A stretch of DNA of 32,000 bases from Candidatus Hermodarchaeota archaeon (lineage in GTDB: Archaea > Asgardarchaeota > Heimdallarchaeia > Hodarchaeales > Hodarchaeaceae): NCBI GenBank assembly GCA_048886185.1, contig JBHLKY010000011.1:90001-122000 (forward strand). Reading direction: 5' to 3'. Within the stretch, counting starts at the first letter, position 1. Each line of letters begins with the position of its first letter. Both the position numbers and the translations under genes were made by a program. Of the stretch, positions 7,512 through 16,198 are shown piece by piece. A model generated the notes under the pieces. The model did no database searches. It saw only the letters and a list, made by a program, of their open reading frames with translations, and was not told where the DNA came from.

Positions 7512-8561
7512 TTAGTTGATTTGTATGTCAACATTAACCTGAGCTCGAGAAGGAGAGATTTCTCTCCCCACTTTAAAGTATAGTTCTTTATAAGAATTAA
7601 TGTTTACTAGTTTTTTTGCGAGAAGCTTTTGAAACTGTTTTTCAGGATTCTCCATTTTTGAAATGAACTGGTAAAAATTAATTACTCCCCCCTTTTTCAA
7701 TAATCTAATAGCATAGGGAAGAAAATTCACAGCTTGCTGTGGAAGATTGATGATTACTCTATCAAAAAGGCCCTGTAATCTTAAAATATTTCGAGAATCC
7801 CCTATAATCGGATAAATAGTTCCTCGTAATTTATTTCTCCTGATACTTCTTTGTAATGCATAGATTGCATAAGGATTGATATCAATAGCCACAGTATTAC
7901 TTAAAGCGCTTTTTGCACAATGCAATGCAAAGCTACCAACACCCGTAAATAAATCAAGAATTTTTTCACCTGGGTTAACAGACATGGCAACGCGATGATG
8001 TTCTTCGGCCAAACGTGGATTAAAATATGCTCTTAGATCAATAAAAATCATTACACCATATTCTTGGTGCCAGCTTTGCCAGATTTTCTCCCCAGCCAAA
8101 TGTTCAGTAGGATACACTCGTTTTGTTCCTTCAACAGCATCGCTCTTGTTTAAGACAGCCTTGATTCGTTTAGAGTGAGATAAAATCAATTCCCCTACTC
8201 GTTTACGAAAAAAAAGGGAAGAACTAGCTGGATTCAACTTCAATATTGCAATTTCCCCTAGCTGGTCGAATTTTATGGAGAGCTCTTCTAAATTAACATT
8301 TGGAAATTCCTTTCTAAGAGTTGTTGTAATTGACTCTTGTTCTGATCGGCTTGTAAAATATGATTGCTGAAATTTAAATGGAATGTCCCTTAATAGCTCA
8401 GGAATCGGTCTAGAATCAGTAATGGGGAAAAACACGAATCCTTCACTTTTAAATGGTTTTTTATACCGAATAAGAATATTAGAATTAATCAAACGAAGAC
8501 GTACTATCTCTGCTGTTTCGAGGGGAACACCAACTCCTAATATTGTTTGTTCGCCTTTTAT
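7512..8561 (-). CDS. trm5: Trm5/TYW2-family tRNA (guanine37-N1) methyltransferase or wyosine biosynthesis enzyme
   Basis: D1 domain GVGVP...AE.VR..L, KFDQLGEIAI, YFNPRLAEEHHRV, LDLFTGVGSFA, DINPYA, RVIINLP. Start uncertain: the only canonical in-frame start upstream of the D1 motif is TTG 8615, inside the tRNA. ATA 8561 used provisionally. Confidence 0.82.
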   Translation of the reverse strand: MKGEQTILGVGVPLETAEIVRLRLINSNILIRYKKPFKSEGFVFFPITDSRPIPELLRDIPFKFQQSYFTSRSEQESITTTLRKEFPNVNLEELSIKFDQLGEIAILKLNPASSSLFFRKRVGELILSHSKRIKAVLNKSDAVEGTKRVYPTEHLAGEKIWQSWHQEYGVMIFIDLRAYFNPRLAEEHHRVAMSVNPGEKILDLFTGVGSFALHCAKSALSNTVAIDINPYAIYALQRSIRRNKLRGTIYPIIGDSRNILRLQGLFDRVIINLPQQAVNFLPYAIRLLKKGGVINFYQFISKMENPEKQFQKLLAKKLVNINSYKELYFKVGREISPSRAQVNVDIQIN

Positions 8562-8584
8562 TGAATCAACGCTCCAGATAATAA

Positions 8585-8688
8585 CGGGCGCAGAGGGACT
8601 TGAACCCCCGACCAACGGGTTTCTTTAGAATAATTAAATAGATTAATCTCTAAGAGCCCGCCGCTCTACCTTGCTGAGCTATGCGCCC
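8585..8688 (-). tRNA. tRNA-Lys(CUU) with a 30-nt canonical 37/38 intron (8650..8621); CCA not encoded
   Basis: GGGCGCA TA GCTC AGCAAGGTA GAGC G GCGGG CT-CTT-A|intron|A CCCGT TGGTC GGGGG TTCAAGT CCCTC TGCGCCC G. BHB with bulges TAG and AAA. Confidence 0.95.
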
Positions 8689-8882
8689 TTTATTTGGTGA
8701 TATTCCCTATTCAACTGGTGCTATAAAAATAATAGGTTTTCCTATTTAAAAAAAATTCAAAGAAAATAAATTAAAATGGTAAGGAGGTATATTATTTTTG
8801 CACAGAAAAATACTACGAGCAATTACCCGAAAATTATTAATCTTTTTAATCATGAGTATATTGTTCATATGGATGAAAATTC

Positions 8883-9596
8883 ATGGTAAAAAATAAGAAT
8901 AATGTTAATACTAAGCTTACTGACTATCTAAACTTACTTATCGCCATAGGGAAGATGGGAGGTACTCGTCGCCCAGTATTCACTACAACAAGTGAGTTGG
9001 GAAATATAGTAGGTATTTCACAGCAGAGTGCTTCAAGAAAATTAACAAGAATGGAAAATGTAGGCCTTATTGTTCGTGATTATAGGCAACGAGGAAATAT
9101 GATTAAGATTACCCCCAAAGGAGTTTCATCACTTGAACGAGTGTTTACAGATCTATGGATAGTATTAACAGCTGAAGGTAAAGAATTAGGAGAGAAAATG
9201 ACGATATCAGGGACTGTTACCACAGGAATGGGTGAAGGAGCGTATTATATGAGTCAGAAAGAATATCAAAATCAATTTACCTCAATTTTAGGTTTTATCC
9301 CTTATGCAGGAACTCTGAATTTACAACTTCTAGAAGATTCTAGCATCAGAAATTTTGAAATGTTATTACGAAGCCCTTCTGCATTCATAAAAGAGTTTAC
9401 AAAAGATGGGAGAAGATTTGGAAAAGTTTTTGTTTGGCCCACAAATATAATAATTGGAAAAAAAAGAATAATTTCAGCCTTAATTCATCCTGATCGAACC
9501 CATCATAATAATCAAATTGAACTAATCGCTAAAGAACACATAAAGACAACTTATGGAATAAAAGATGGAGATGTCTTGAAGATTGTCTTACGTTAA
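8883..9596 (+). CDS. ribK: CTP-dependent riboflavin kinase with N-terminal winged HTH (RbkR-like)
   Basis: HTH TTSELGNIVGISQQSASRKLTRME. Kinase motifs GTVTTGMGEGAYYM, LGFIPYAGTLN, PDRTHH, IELIAKEHIK..GIKDGD. Confidence 0.93.
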   Translation: MVKNKNNVNTKLTDYLNLLIAIGKMGGTRRPVFTTTSELGNIVGISQQSASRKLTRMENVGLIVRDYRQRGNMIKITPKGVSSLERVFTDLWIVLTAEGKELGEKMTISGTVTTGMGEGAYYMSQKEYQNQFTSILGFIPYAGTLNLQLLEDSSIRNFEMLLRSPSAFIKEFTKDGRRFGKVFVWPTNIIIGKKRIISALIHPDRTHHNNQIELIAKEHIKTTYGIKDGDVLKIVLR

Positions 9597-9618
9597 CTTG
9601 AAAACAAAGTTGAATTCA

Positions 9619-10293
9619 TTACTCAAATGAATGTTCATCAAGCTTCTTAAACTTTAAAGAAGATTTTTCATTAGGGATTCTTGCTTTTAATTTTATAACT
9701 TCGATATTTTGTAATCCGTGGTCACCTAATAGAGTCAATAACTTATTTTCTGTAAGAGATTGATCATATCCCAATGCAATTACATCAGGCTTAACATTTA
9801 TAACAATATCAAGGAATCTTGTGGGATCAGATACTCCTTTTTGTACAATATCAACGATATCAATATGTGAGAGTAATTCAATTCGATTTGACTGAGAATT
9901 GAGAGGGGGACGTCCTTTATTTACTTCAACGGTTTCATCAGAAGCTACAACAACAAATAGTATATCTCCTATACCTTTTGCTTCCTTCAAAGTCTTTAAG
10001 TGACCTAAGTGAAAAATATCAAAAACTCCTCCCGTTAAAACGATCTTTAGGTTATTCCTACCCCCTGATGATATGATATAATGGTCTGGAGGCTTTGACA
10101 CTCTTTTTATCATTTGAAGACTTTTAAGTACGGACAGAAGGGCAAGTGCCTCATCCTGTGACCGTTTTAAACTAGTACCAAAATCAGAGACATTAAAATG
10201 CCCTTTCTTGAAAGTCAACAGATATGCTGTTTTTAAAAATTCCTTCAGTAACATCTGATAAACCTGTTCGGAAGATTTTGATTCGCTTTTCAT
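9619..10293 (-). CDS. ribL: FAD synthase (cytidylyltransferase-like) with N-terminal winged-helix extension
   Basis: GGVFDIFHLGH (HxGH), VVVASD, KGRPPLN, KPDVIALGYDQ, SS near the C-terminus. The first ~80 aa are wHTH-like. Convergent with ribK. Confidence 0.8.
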   Translation of the reverse strand: MKSESKSSEQVYQMLLKEFLKTAYLLTFKKGHFNVSDFGTSLKRSQDEALALLSVLKSLQMIKRVSKPPDHYIISSGGRNNLKIVLTGGVFDIFHLGHLKTLKEAKGIGDILFVVVASDETVEVNKGRPPLNSQSNRIELLSHIDIVDIVQKGVSDPTRFLDIVINVKPDVIALGYDQSLTENKLLTLLGDHGLQNIEVIKLKARIPNEKSSLKFKKLDEHSFE

Positions 10294-10365
10294 CTCAATT
10301 AACCACCAATCGATAAAGACATTAGAATCTTATTTTAACTATACATCCAAAATTTGTATTAGTAA

Positions 10366-11184
10366 TTACCGATTTTCTCTTGGATTTGAGAAATCGATAT
10401 TCCATAACATTTTTAGGGCTTCTTTCTCGGTAAAATGGAGTATATCTGAACATATAATCAGTGATTGAGGAGGTCCAATGTCTTTCCACATAATTGCTCT
10501 AATTTTTTCTGTCTTACCAGCTGATATAAACTGATCATCAGAACCAATTTTAGCCAAACCCACAACTAAACTATCCTTAGTAAAGATTCCTTCTTGTTTT
10601 TTCTCTTCTAGTTCTAATAAATATAAAATTGCTTCGCTAATAGTGAGAAAATCTTCTGTAATTGTTTCAATATCTAAAAGAACTAAAGTATGCGCTTCAA
10701 TTCTTTTATTAAGTTTAATTACTTCATAAGGAAACTCACTAGGATTATTAGGAAAGGGACAAGTGACAGTTCGGCCAAAACGATATGCTGATAACCCGGA
10801 AACAGAGATTGCAGCTGTAAGAATAGATGCATTATGTACAATTTTACAAGTAAATCCTTTTTGCAATGCAGCCAATCTAAGAGAATTATGTGTCGTTGCT
10901 ACAAAAGGATCTCCAGGAATTAAAAGAGCCACTGATCTTCCTTTTATTTCTTCTAAGAATAAATGATCAGTTTCTTCTAGATCTCTTCGTGTAACAATAG
11001 AAATATCAGGCATTACTTTCTTTAGGAGTGGGGGAATATCTTCAGAAATGAAATTAGTATATTTTTCAATGTAGACCTTGTCCATTCTTCTTAAAATCTC
11101 AAATGTCTCCATAGTGCAACTTTGTAACCCTAATAACCCTATTCCAATGAAAAAGAGCTCTGTTTCAGCTTTAGGCACTTTCAT
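10366..11184 (-). CDS. dph5: Diphthine synthase
   Basis: LFFIGIGL, VYIEKYT, GDPFVATTH, VHNASI, GLSAYRFGRTVT, HTLVLLDI, GPPQSLII, LHFTEKEAL. Confidence 0.95.
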   Translation of the reverse strand: MKVPKAETELFFIGIGLLGLQSCTMETFEILRRMDKVYIEKYTNFISEDIPPLLKKVMPDISIVTRRDLEETDHLFLEEIKGRSVALLIPGDPFVATTHNSLRLAALQKGFTCKIVHNASILTAAISVSGLSAYRFGRTVTCPFPNNPSEFPYEVIKLNKRIEAHTLVLLDIETITEDFLTISEAILYLLELEEKKQEGIFTKDSLVVGLAKIGSDDQFISAGKTEKIRAIMWKDIGPPQSLIICSDILHFTEKEALKMLWNIDFSNPRENR

Positions 11185-11267
11185 TCATCTTTTTATGATT
11201 ATTGTATAGAATCTTGTGTACATAGAAATTATTCAACCTTTTACTGAAAAGAAAAAGGTTCTCAAAG

Positions 11268-11750
11268 CTAGAGTTTACCCTCCCAAATTGAATCACCAAG
11301 ATAATGAACATTAAGGATGACTCTCCCTTTTAAAGTAGGAAGCTCTACAGAAGAGTTTAAGCTTTTTCCAAGAGCTATTATTGCATTTTGAGGATTAGAA
11401 ACCATAATGATGCTACCAGCATTGAATTCACGATCTATGGAAGCAATTCCTTGGGCAAAAATATCTGCACCATTTAAAATATGATGAACTGCTCCTTGAT
11501 CAACCTTAACTACAGGAAAACCAATATAAGGATGTTCCCTGATCAACTGGATTGTTGGTAAATATTGATTCTCAAATTTAAAAAAGCGAACTTCATAATT
11601 GCGATTAAAAAGTAAGCAAACAGACTTTTCATTATTTTCGGCAATAAACTGGAAATTAGCTTCCAGAGTCTCTATTGAGATTTTTGGCGCAAATATCAGT
11701 GGTAAAATTTCTCTTCTGAGTCTTGATCCAATTTCTTTTTTGGAAGGCAT
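11268..11750 (-). CDS. DUF1947/PUA-domain RNA-binding protein (MCT-1/Tma20-like)
   Basis: YLPTIQL..., VKVDQGAVHHILNGADIFAQGI, AIIALGK, GRVILNVHYLGDSIW. ATG 11750 preferred over 11765. Confidence 0.87.
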   Translation of the reverse strand: MPSKKEIGSRLRREILPLIFAPKISIETLEANFQFIAENNEKSVCLLFNRNYEVRFFKFENQYLPTIQLIREHPYIGFPVVKVDQGAVHHILNGADIFAQGIASIDREFNAGSIIMVSNPQNAIIALGKSLNSSVELPTLKGRVILNVHYLGDSIWEGKL

Positions 11751-11774
11751 GAAAATTCCATTCAATCAGTGGCT

Positions 11775-13709
11775 TCAGTTAAACCGTAACGTTTCCAGAT
11801 TCAGGGGAACATCAACTTTAACATGATATCTTTTTGATATTGCTTGAGCTAAAGATTGAGATTTTTTCCGCTGACCATGGATTAAAACAACTCTTTCAGG
11901 CTTAGGACTTAGCTCCCTGAAATAATTCATTATCTCAGCCCTATCTGAGTGACCGCTAAATCCATCGATTTGATGTATATCCATTTTTACTTGAAGCATT
12001 TTCATTCGACCTTCTTCAATACTACGTATTTCCTTCACTCCAGAGGCTATACGTCGACCTAAAGTTCCTTCAGCTTGGTATGATACGAAAACAATCGAAT
12101 TACGCGAATCCTCAGCCATTTCCTTGAAATATTCTACAGAATTTCCTCCAGTAAGCATACCAGAGGTAGCCATTATAACTACAGGTTTTCCAGTCAAGAT
12201 TGAGTGCCTTTCATTGTGGTCATCTACAGTGTTGAATATTTCGCTTAAAAATGGATTATTGCCCTCATTGAATATTTGATCTTGTAAATATGAAGACAAG
12301 TACTCTGGATGACATGAATGTATAGCAGTTGCTTCTGATATTAAACCATCTAAATAAATTGGAACATCCACGAGTTGACGCTTTCGATAATAGTTTGCTA
12401 AAACGACCATTAATTCCTGAGGCCGTCCAACAGCTAAACTGGGAATCAGTACTTTTCCCCCACGTCGTACTGTTTGATTGATAATCTTGACGAGTTGAAT
12501 TTCTGCGTCATTGCGTTTGGGCATTATGTCTCTAGGTCCACCATAAGTAGATTCCATGATAATGGCTTCGAGGCGGGGAAACTTAGTGTTGGCTCGATCT
12601 AATAACCGAGACCTTTTTCCTTTGAAATCATTAGCTATTGCTATATTGTATTTCCCATCTCCAATATGCATATGCATAATAGAAGAGCCAAGAATATGTC
12701 CTGCTGGGGTCATTGTTAAACGTACATCATTACTTAAATCTGTTACTTCCCCATAGCGACGTGTAATTGTATGTAAAATCATTCTTCTAATATCCCGCTG
12801 ACTGTAGGGGACTAATTTATTTTCTCTTCCTGCAACTTCAATGTAATCTTTTTGAAGTAGTGTCATGAGAGACAACGTAGCATCATTAGCGTAAACAGGT
12901 CCCCTATATCCCCATTTAAACAAAAAAGGAAGCATTCCACTATGGTCAAGATGTGCGTGTGTAATTAACACAGCATCTAACTCTGCAATATTAAATTCAG
13001 AAACATTGAAAAATGGAAAAATCTGATCTGGTTCACGAGATCCCACATTTGTCCCACAATCAACTAAGATCTTCGTTTCTGCAGTTTCTAAAAGAAAACA
13101 TGATCTTCCAACTTCGGAAAACCCCCCTAAACCCGTTAATCGAATATATTCGTCCTCAATAACCCTTGGACGATGAATACGTTTCCCAATGTTGAGTAAT
13201 GCATGCTTACGGATTTCTGATTTATTTGTGAGAGTACTTCGAATGGAATTTATTAATTGTGATTGAATTGGAGGAGACCTAACAACACGTGGACGCCACG
13301 AGATGTCCGAAGCGATTTCACGTAAGGTTGCTCCACTACGCCCAATAACTGCTCCTGGTTTCTTCGCTTCAATAATAGCTTCCCCCAGCTCATCATCGAA
13401 GATTATATTAGTAATTTCAGCATTTTCGGGAACAATTTCCATGATTCTAGCCACAGCTTCATCTTTAGCCCTCCGTACCGACACATCTGACCTAATAACA
13501 ATTCTCTTGCGGAGAGATTTTGCTAAACTCTTAACAATATCCCCATCTTCCATAAGAACAGTGGGATTCAACGAATAAATTACAACGAATGGTCCTTCAA
13601 AAACAACCTTTGATACTTGAGCATTCGGTGGTAACTCACTGATGAGATCTGCTTTTAATTGATCAATAGCTAATTCACGACTGAATTGCTTATCTTTTTC
13701 TTTAGTCAT
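11775..13709 (-). CDS. aCPSF1: Beta-CASP ribonuclease aCPSF1 (KH domains + metallo-beta-lactamase/beta-CASP)
   Basis: N-terminal KH (AKKPGAVIGRSG), LGGFSEVGRSC, THAHLDHSG, AGHILGS, ESTYGG, AVGRPQE, SGMLTGG, GFSGHSD. ATG 13709 follows SD GAGG. Confidence 0.96.
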   Translation of the reverse strand: MTKEKDKQFSRELAIDQLKADLISELPPNAQVSKVVFEGPFVVIYSLNPTVLMEDGDIVKSLAKSLRKRIVIRSDVSVRRAKDEAVARIMEIVPENAEITNIIFDDELGEAIIEAKKPGAVIGRSGATLREIASDISWRPRVVRSPPIQSQLINSIRSTLTNKSEIRKHALLNIGKRIHRPRVIEDEYIRLTGLGGFSEVGRSCFLLETAETKILVDCGTNVGSREPDQIFPFFNVSEFNIAELDAVLITHAHLDHSGMLPFLFKWGYRGPVYANDATLSLMTLLQKDYIEVAGRENKLVPYSQRDIRRMILHTITRRYGEVTDLSNDVRLTMTPAGHILGSSIMHMHIGDGKYNIAIANDFKGKRSRLLDRANTKFPRLEAIIMESTYGGPRDIMPKRNDAEIQLVKIINQTVRRGGKVLIPSLAVGRPQELMVVLANYYRKRQLVDVPIYLDGLISEATAIHSCHPEYLSSYLQDQIFNEGNNPFLSEIFNTVDDHNERHSILTGKPVVIMATSGMLTGGNSVEYFKEMAEDSRNSIVFVSYQAEGTLGRRIASGVKEIRSIEEGRMKMLQVKMDIHQIDGFSGHSDRAEIMNYFRELSPKPERVVLIHGQRKKSQSLAQAISKRYHVKVDVPLNLETLRFN

Positions 13710-14167
13710 TGATTTCTGCCTCACTAATAATACTTGATCTTTTATAGGATCTGGGGGAAAATCTAGTCTATTGATATGTGGAAGATAGAACTACTCTACA
13801 AAAGGAGTAGATTTGAAATATTATTTACAACCGCTTATATTGCGTAGATTATGGTCGTATCTTTCCGTAAAACAGGAGATACTCGTTTTTAAATGTTGGT
13901 ATAAAATCTATTTTAGTATTGCAAGTTTAAGATTCTGTTATGAATATAAATCTGGAGAAATATGTCAATGTTTTTTTACAACACCAATGTTGGAGCTTTT
14001 CACGTTTCTATTTTAAGCTTGAAACTGGAGACGATTATATACTATATTACCCACTGAAGGCTTGTATTAAGAGGTGATTGAGAGTCAATTGTAAAAATTA
14101 CAAGAACTAATCTGTTTGATTCAACTTAATAGGAAGAAGAATTATTTCTTACTAAAATTCCCTTATA

Positions 14168-14224
14168 CACTCATACACACACAGAGTTTATAAATATTAG
14201 TGTATGTGTGGATTTATAAATATT
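14168..14224. promoter_or_regulatory. Candidate egsA promoter: duplicated TATA-like 12-mer, with an 11-bp inverted repeat enclosing the first copy
   Basis: TTTATAAATATT at 14187-14198 and 14213-14224. CACTCATACAC (14168-14178) and GTGTATGTGTG (14200-14210) pair at 10 of 11 positions. Confidence 0.5.
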
Positions 14225-14270
14225 GTGTTAATGTTTCCAAATGGGAGTTTGCTACTAGGACAGTAGTGAA

Positions 14271-15353
14271 ATGTCAAGATCAGAAATTCTCGAATCGGTG
14301 GTACCAAGATCAATCATTATTGGAAAATCGATCACACAAAGAATTCCCAATGTTGTTCAGTCGCTTGGATTAAAACAGAGGATAATGATTCTTACAGGCC
14401 CTCATACACGATATATTGTTGGAGAAGAAATCTTCGAAGCTCTAACCAATCAAGGAATGGATTGCGAAGTTACTATTATAGAAGATTCTTCTCTTGAGGC
14501 AGCTAAAAGTTATCTCGATGTAGTAGAACAGTACAAACCTAATGTTCTAATTGGTGCTGGTGGGGGAAAAAATATCGATGTATGTAAATTCTGTCTTCAG
14601 CGCTTCTCTGAAAATATCGAGATGATCTCTGTTCCGACTGCGACCCCACATGATGGACTTGCGTCTCCTTTCATCTTTTTAAATGATCCTACTGAAAAAT
14701 TTATAGGTGAATGTCGTCCTCCAATAGCCGTGATTGCTGATGTGGAGAAAATCTTGAAACATCCAGATTTAGTCCGTTATATCAGAGCAGGTGTGGGTGA
14801 CACTATTGGAAAGATAACAGCTATTTGGGATTGGAAATATGCTTGGCGTATAAAGTCAGAAAAATATTCTCGTTTCGTAGGGGGTGTTTTGGAAAACGCA
14901 GATACTCTTTTCCAAAGTCAAGTGTCAGAAGCTTTAATTGATACTGACCACGCAGTTCAAGTAGTATTAAAGGCACTTCTGATTGCTGGGGTGCTAATGG
15001 GAACTTCAAATGACATACGTGTTGGCTATGGTTCTGAACACATGTTCTCAGCAGCTTTAGCAGCAGAAACACCAAATGCAGATATCCTTCATGGTGAACG
15101 AGTTGCTTTAGGTACAATTATGATGATGAGGTTGCAAGGACAAGATAAACATCTAACAGATGTCCTGAAAAATGTTGGTAGTCCAACGAATATTGATGAA
15201 CTAGAGGAGAAAATTCCACCCGAAGCAATTGTTACAGCACTACAAAAAGCTCACAAAATCAATTCAATGTACACAGTTCTTGGACGAACAGGGTTGACAA
15301 AAGAAGCTGCACTTAACTTAGCACAAATATCAGGAGTTATTAGACCCCCATAA
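14271..15353 (+). CDS. egsA: NAD(P)-dependent glycerol-1-phosphate dehydrogenase family protein (divergent substrate site)
   Basis: GAGGGKNIDVCK, PTATPHDGLASP, P.AVIAD, AGVGD, GSEHMFS, LHGERVALGT, RTGLTKEAA. Metal ligands D/H/H are retained. Confidence 0.82.
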   Translation: MSRSEILESVVPRSIIIGKSITQRIPNVVQSLGLKQRIMILTGPHTRYIVGEEIFEALTNQGMDCEVTIIEDSSLEAAKSYLDVVEQYKPNVLIGAGGGKNIDVCKFCLQRFSENIEMISVPTATPHDGLASPFIFLNDPTEKFIGECRPPIAVIADVEKILKHPDLVRYIRAGVGDTIGKITAIWDWKYAWRIKSEKYSRFVGGVLENADTLFQSQVSEALIDTDHAVQVVLKALLIAGVLMGTSNDIRVGYGSEHMFSAALAAETPNADILHGERVALGTIMMMRLQGQDKHLTDVLKNVGSPTNIDELEEKIPPEAIVTALQKAHKINSMYTVLGRTGLTKEAALNLAQISGVIRPP

Positions 15354-15444
15354 GTAACATTTAAAATTGTTGATTAGAACATCTTTTCTAGTACCTTTTT
15401 AAAACAATAAAACTAAAATTCTTATAAAAAGGAAACATTCTACT

Positions 15445-16182
15445 ATGGGATCTGAGGCTGAAAGCCCTATTATTGGTATCATTATAAGTAGCTTTGCTGA
15501 TGCAGGTCCACAAGTGATCTATAATTCAACAAAAGAATATATTTCTGAAGATCATGCATTAAATCTCTCTATCCGGATCATGACTGTTATTGGGGAAGAA
15601 ATCAGCCATGATCTTTATGGTCCTTTACCTGTTCCCTCAAATGATGAGCTTCTTTGCCTAGCATACGTTTTTCGCGTTGAATCGACTTATACTATTGATC
15701 CTCGGTTGAAAGAACGTCCAAGTGTCATTAGTATTATATTTAGAAGAGCATTTAAACGAGAAATTTCTCGTGCACAGGGAATCATCTCTTCCTATCTTTC
15801 CCAAATAACAGCTAAGAACTTCAAGAAAGAAGAAGATCTGATATTCGAGAAAATGGAAGATATTCATAAACGTTTATCAGCCCTTATTGCAACAAATCCA
15901 GTTGTAATCTATATTGTTCAAGATGATCACATTCGAGAACATACAGGGAGCCTTGATGTCCCAACAGATGCGTTTGTTATTGCAGATATGCAGCAAAATG
16001 TCTTTTATATAATATACGAACCATACTTGTCACCATTGCGAAAACGGCAAGTTGTGATCCTTGTTGACGGATTAAATGAGAAAACATACAGAAGACGATT
16101 CAATAAACAGATTATTGACTCTGAAGAAGAAGCTGCACGACTTTTAAATTTCTATGGATTGAAACACCCGAAGCAATTTTGA
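15445..16182 (+). CDS. Hypothetical protein: N-terminal longin/uDENN-like domain plus C-terminal gelsolin-like domain
   Basis: Residues ~8-150 fit longin b-b-a-b-b-b-a-a (SF.D.GP, GPLPVP, DPRL). Residues ~152-242 fit a gelsolin repeat pattern. Fold calls by eye. Confidence 0.55.
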   Translation: MGSEAESPIIGIIISSFADAGPQVIYNSTKEYISEDHALNLSIRIMTVIGEEISHDLYGPLPVPSNDELLCLAYVFRVESTYTIDPRLKERPSVISIIFRRAFKREISRAQGIISSYLSQITAKNFKKEEDLIFEKMEDIHKRLSALIATNPVVIYIVQDDHIREHTGSLDVPTDAFVIADMQQNVFYIIYEPYLSPLRKRQVVILVDGLNEKTYRRRFNKQIIDSEEEAARLLNFYGLKHPKQF

Positions 16183-16198
16183 AAAAGGGTGATGAGTA

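Noticed and set aside
4613-8700. tRNA genes as integration sites of a mobile element
   Set aside because: No integrase and no direct-repeat copy of any tRNA 3' end in the window; the flanking genes are core housekeeping.
8830-8882. Possible RbkR operator upstream of ribK (TGAGTA half-site)
   Set aside because: Only one half-site with no convincing symmetric partner, and I cannot state the consensus reliably without the published matrix.
13813-14016. 67-aa ORF in the aCPSF1/egsA intergenic gap; also looked for a remnant of the proteasome beta gene that often precedes aCPSF1
   Set aside because: TTG start, no SD, composition typical of AT-rich non-coding DNA, and no proteasome-like sequence seen.
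14161-14230. Repeat cluster as a replication origin, CRISPR remnant or IS end
   Set aside because: No ORB-like G-string motif or cdc6 gene nearby, only two repeat copies with no spacer pattern, and no transposase or target duplication.
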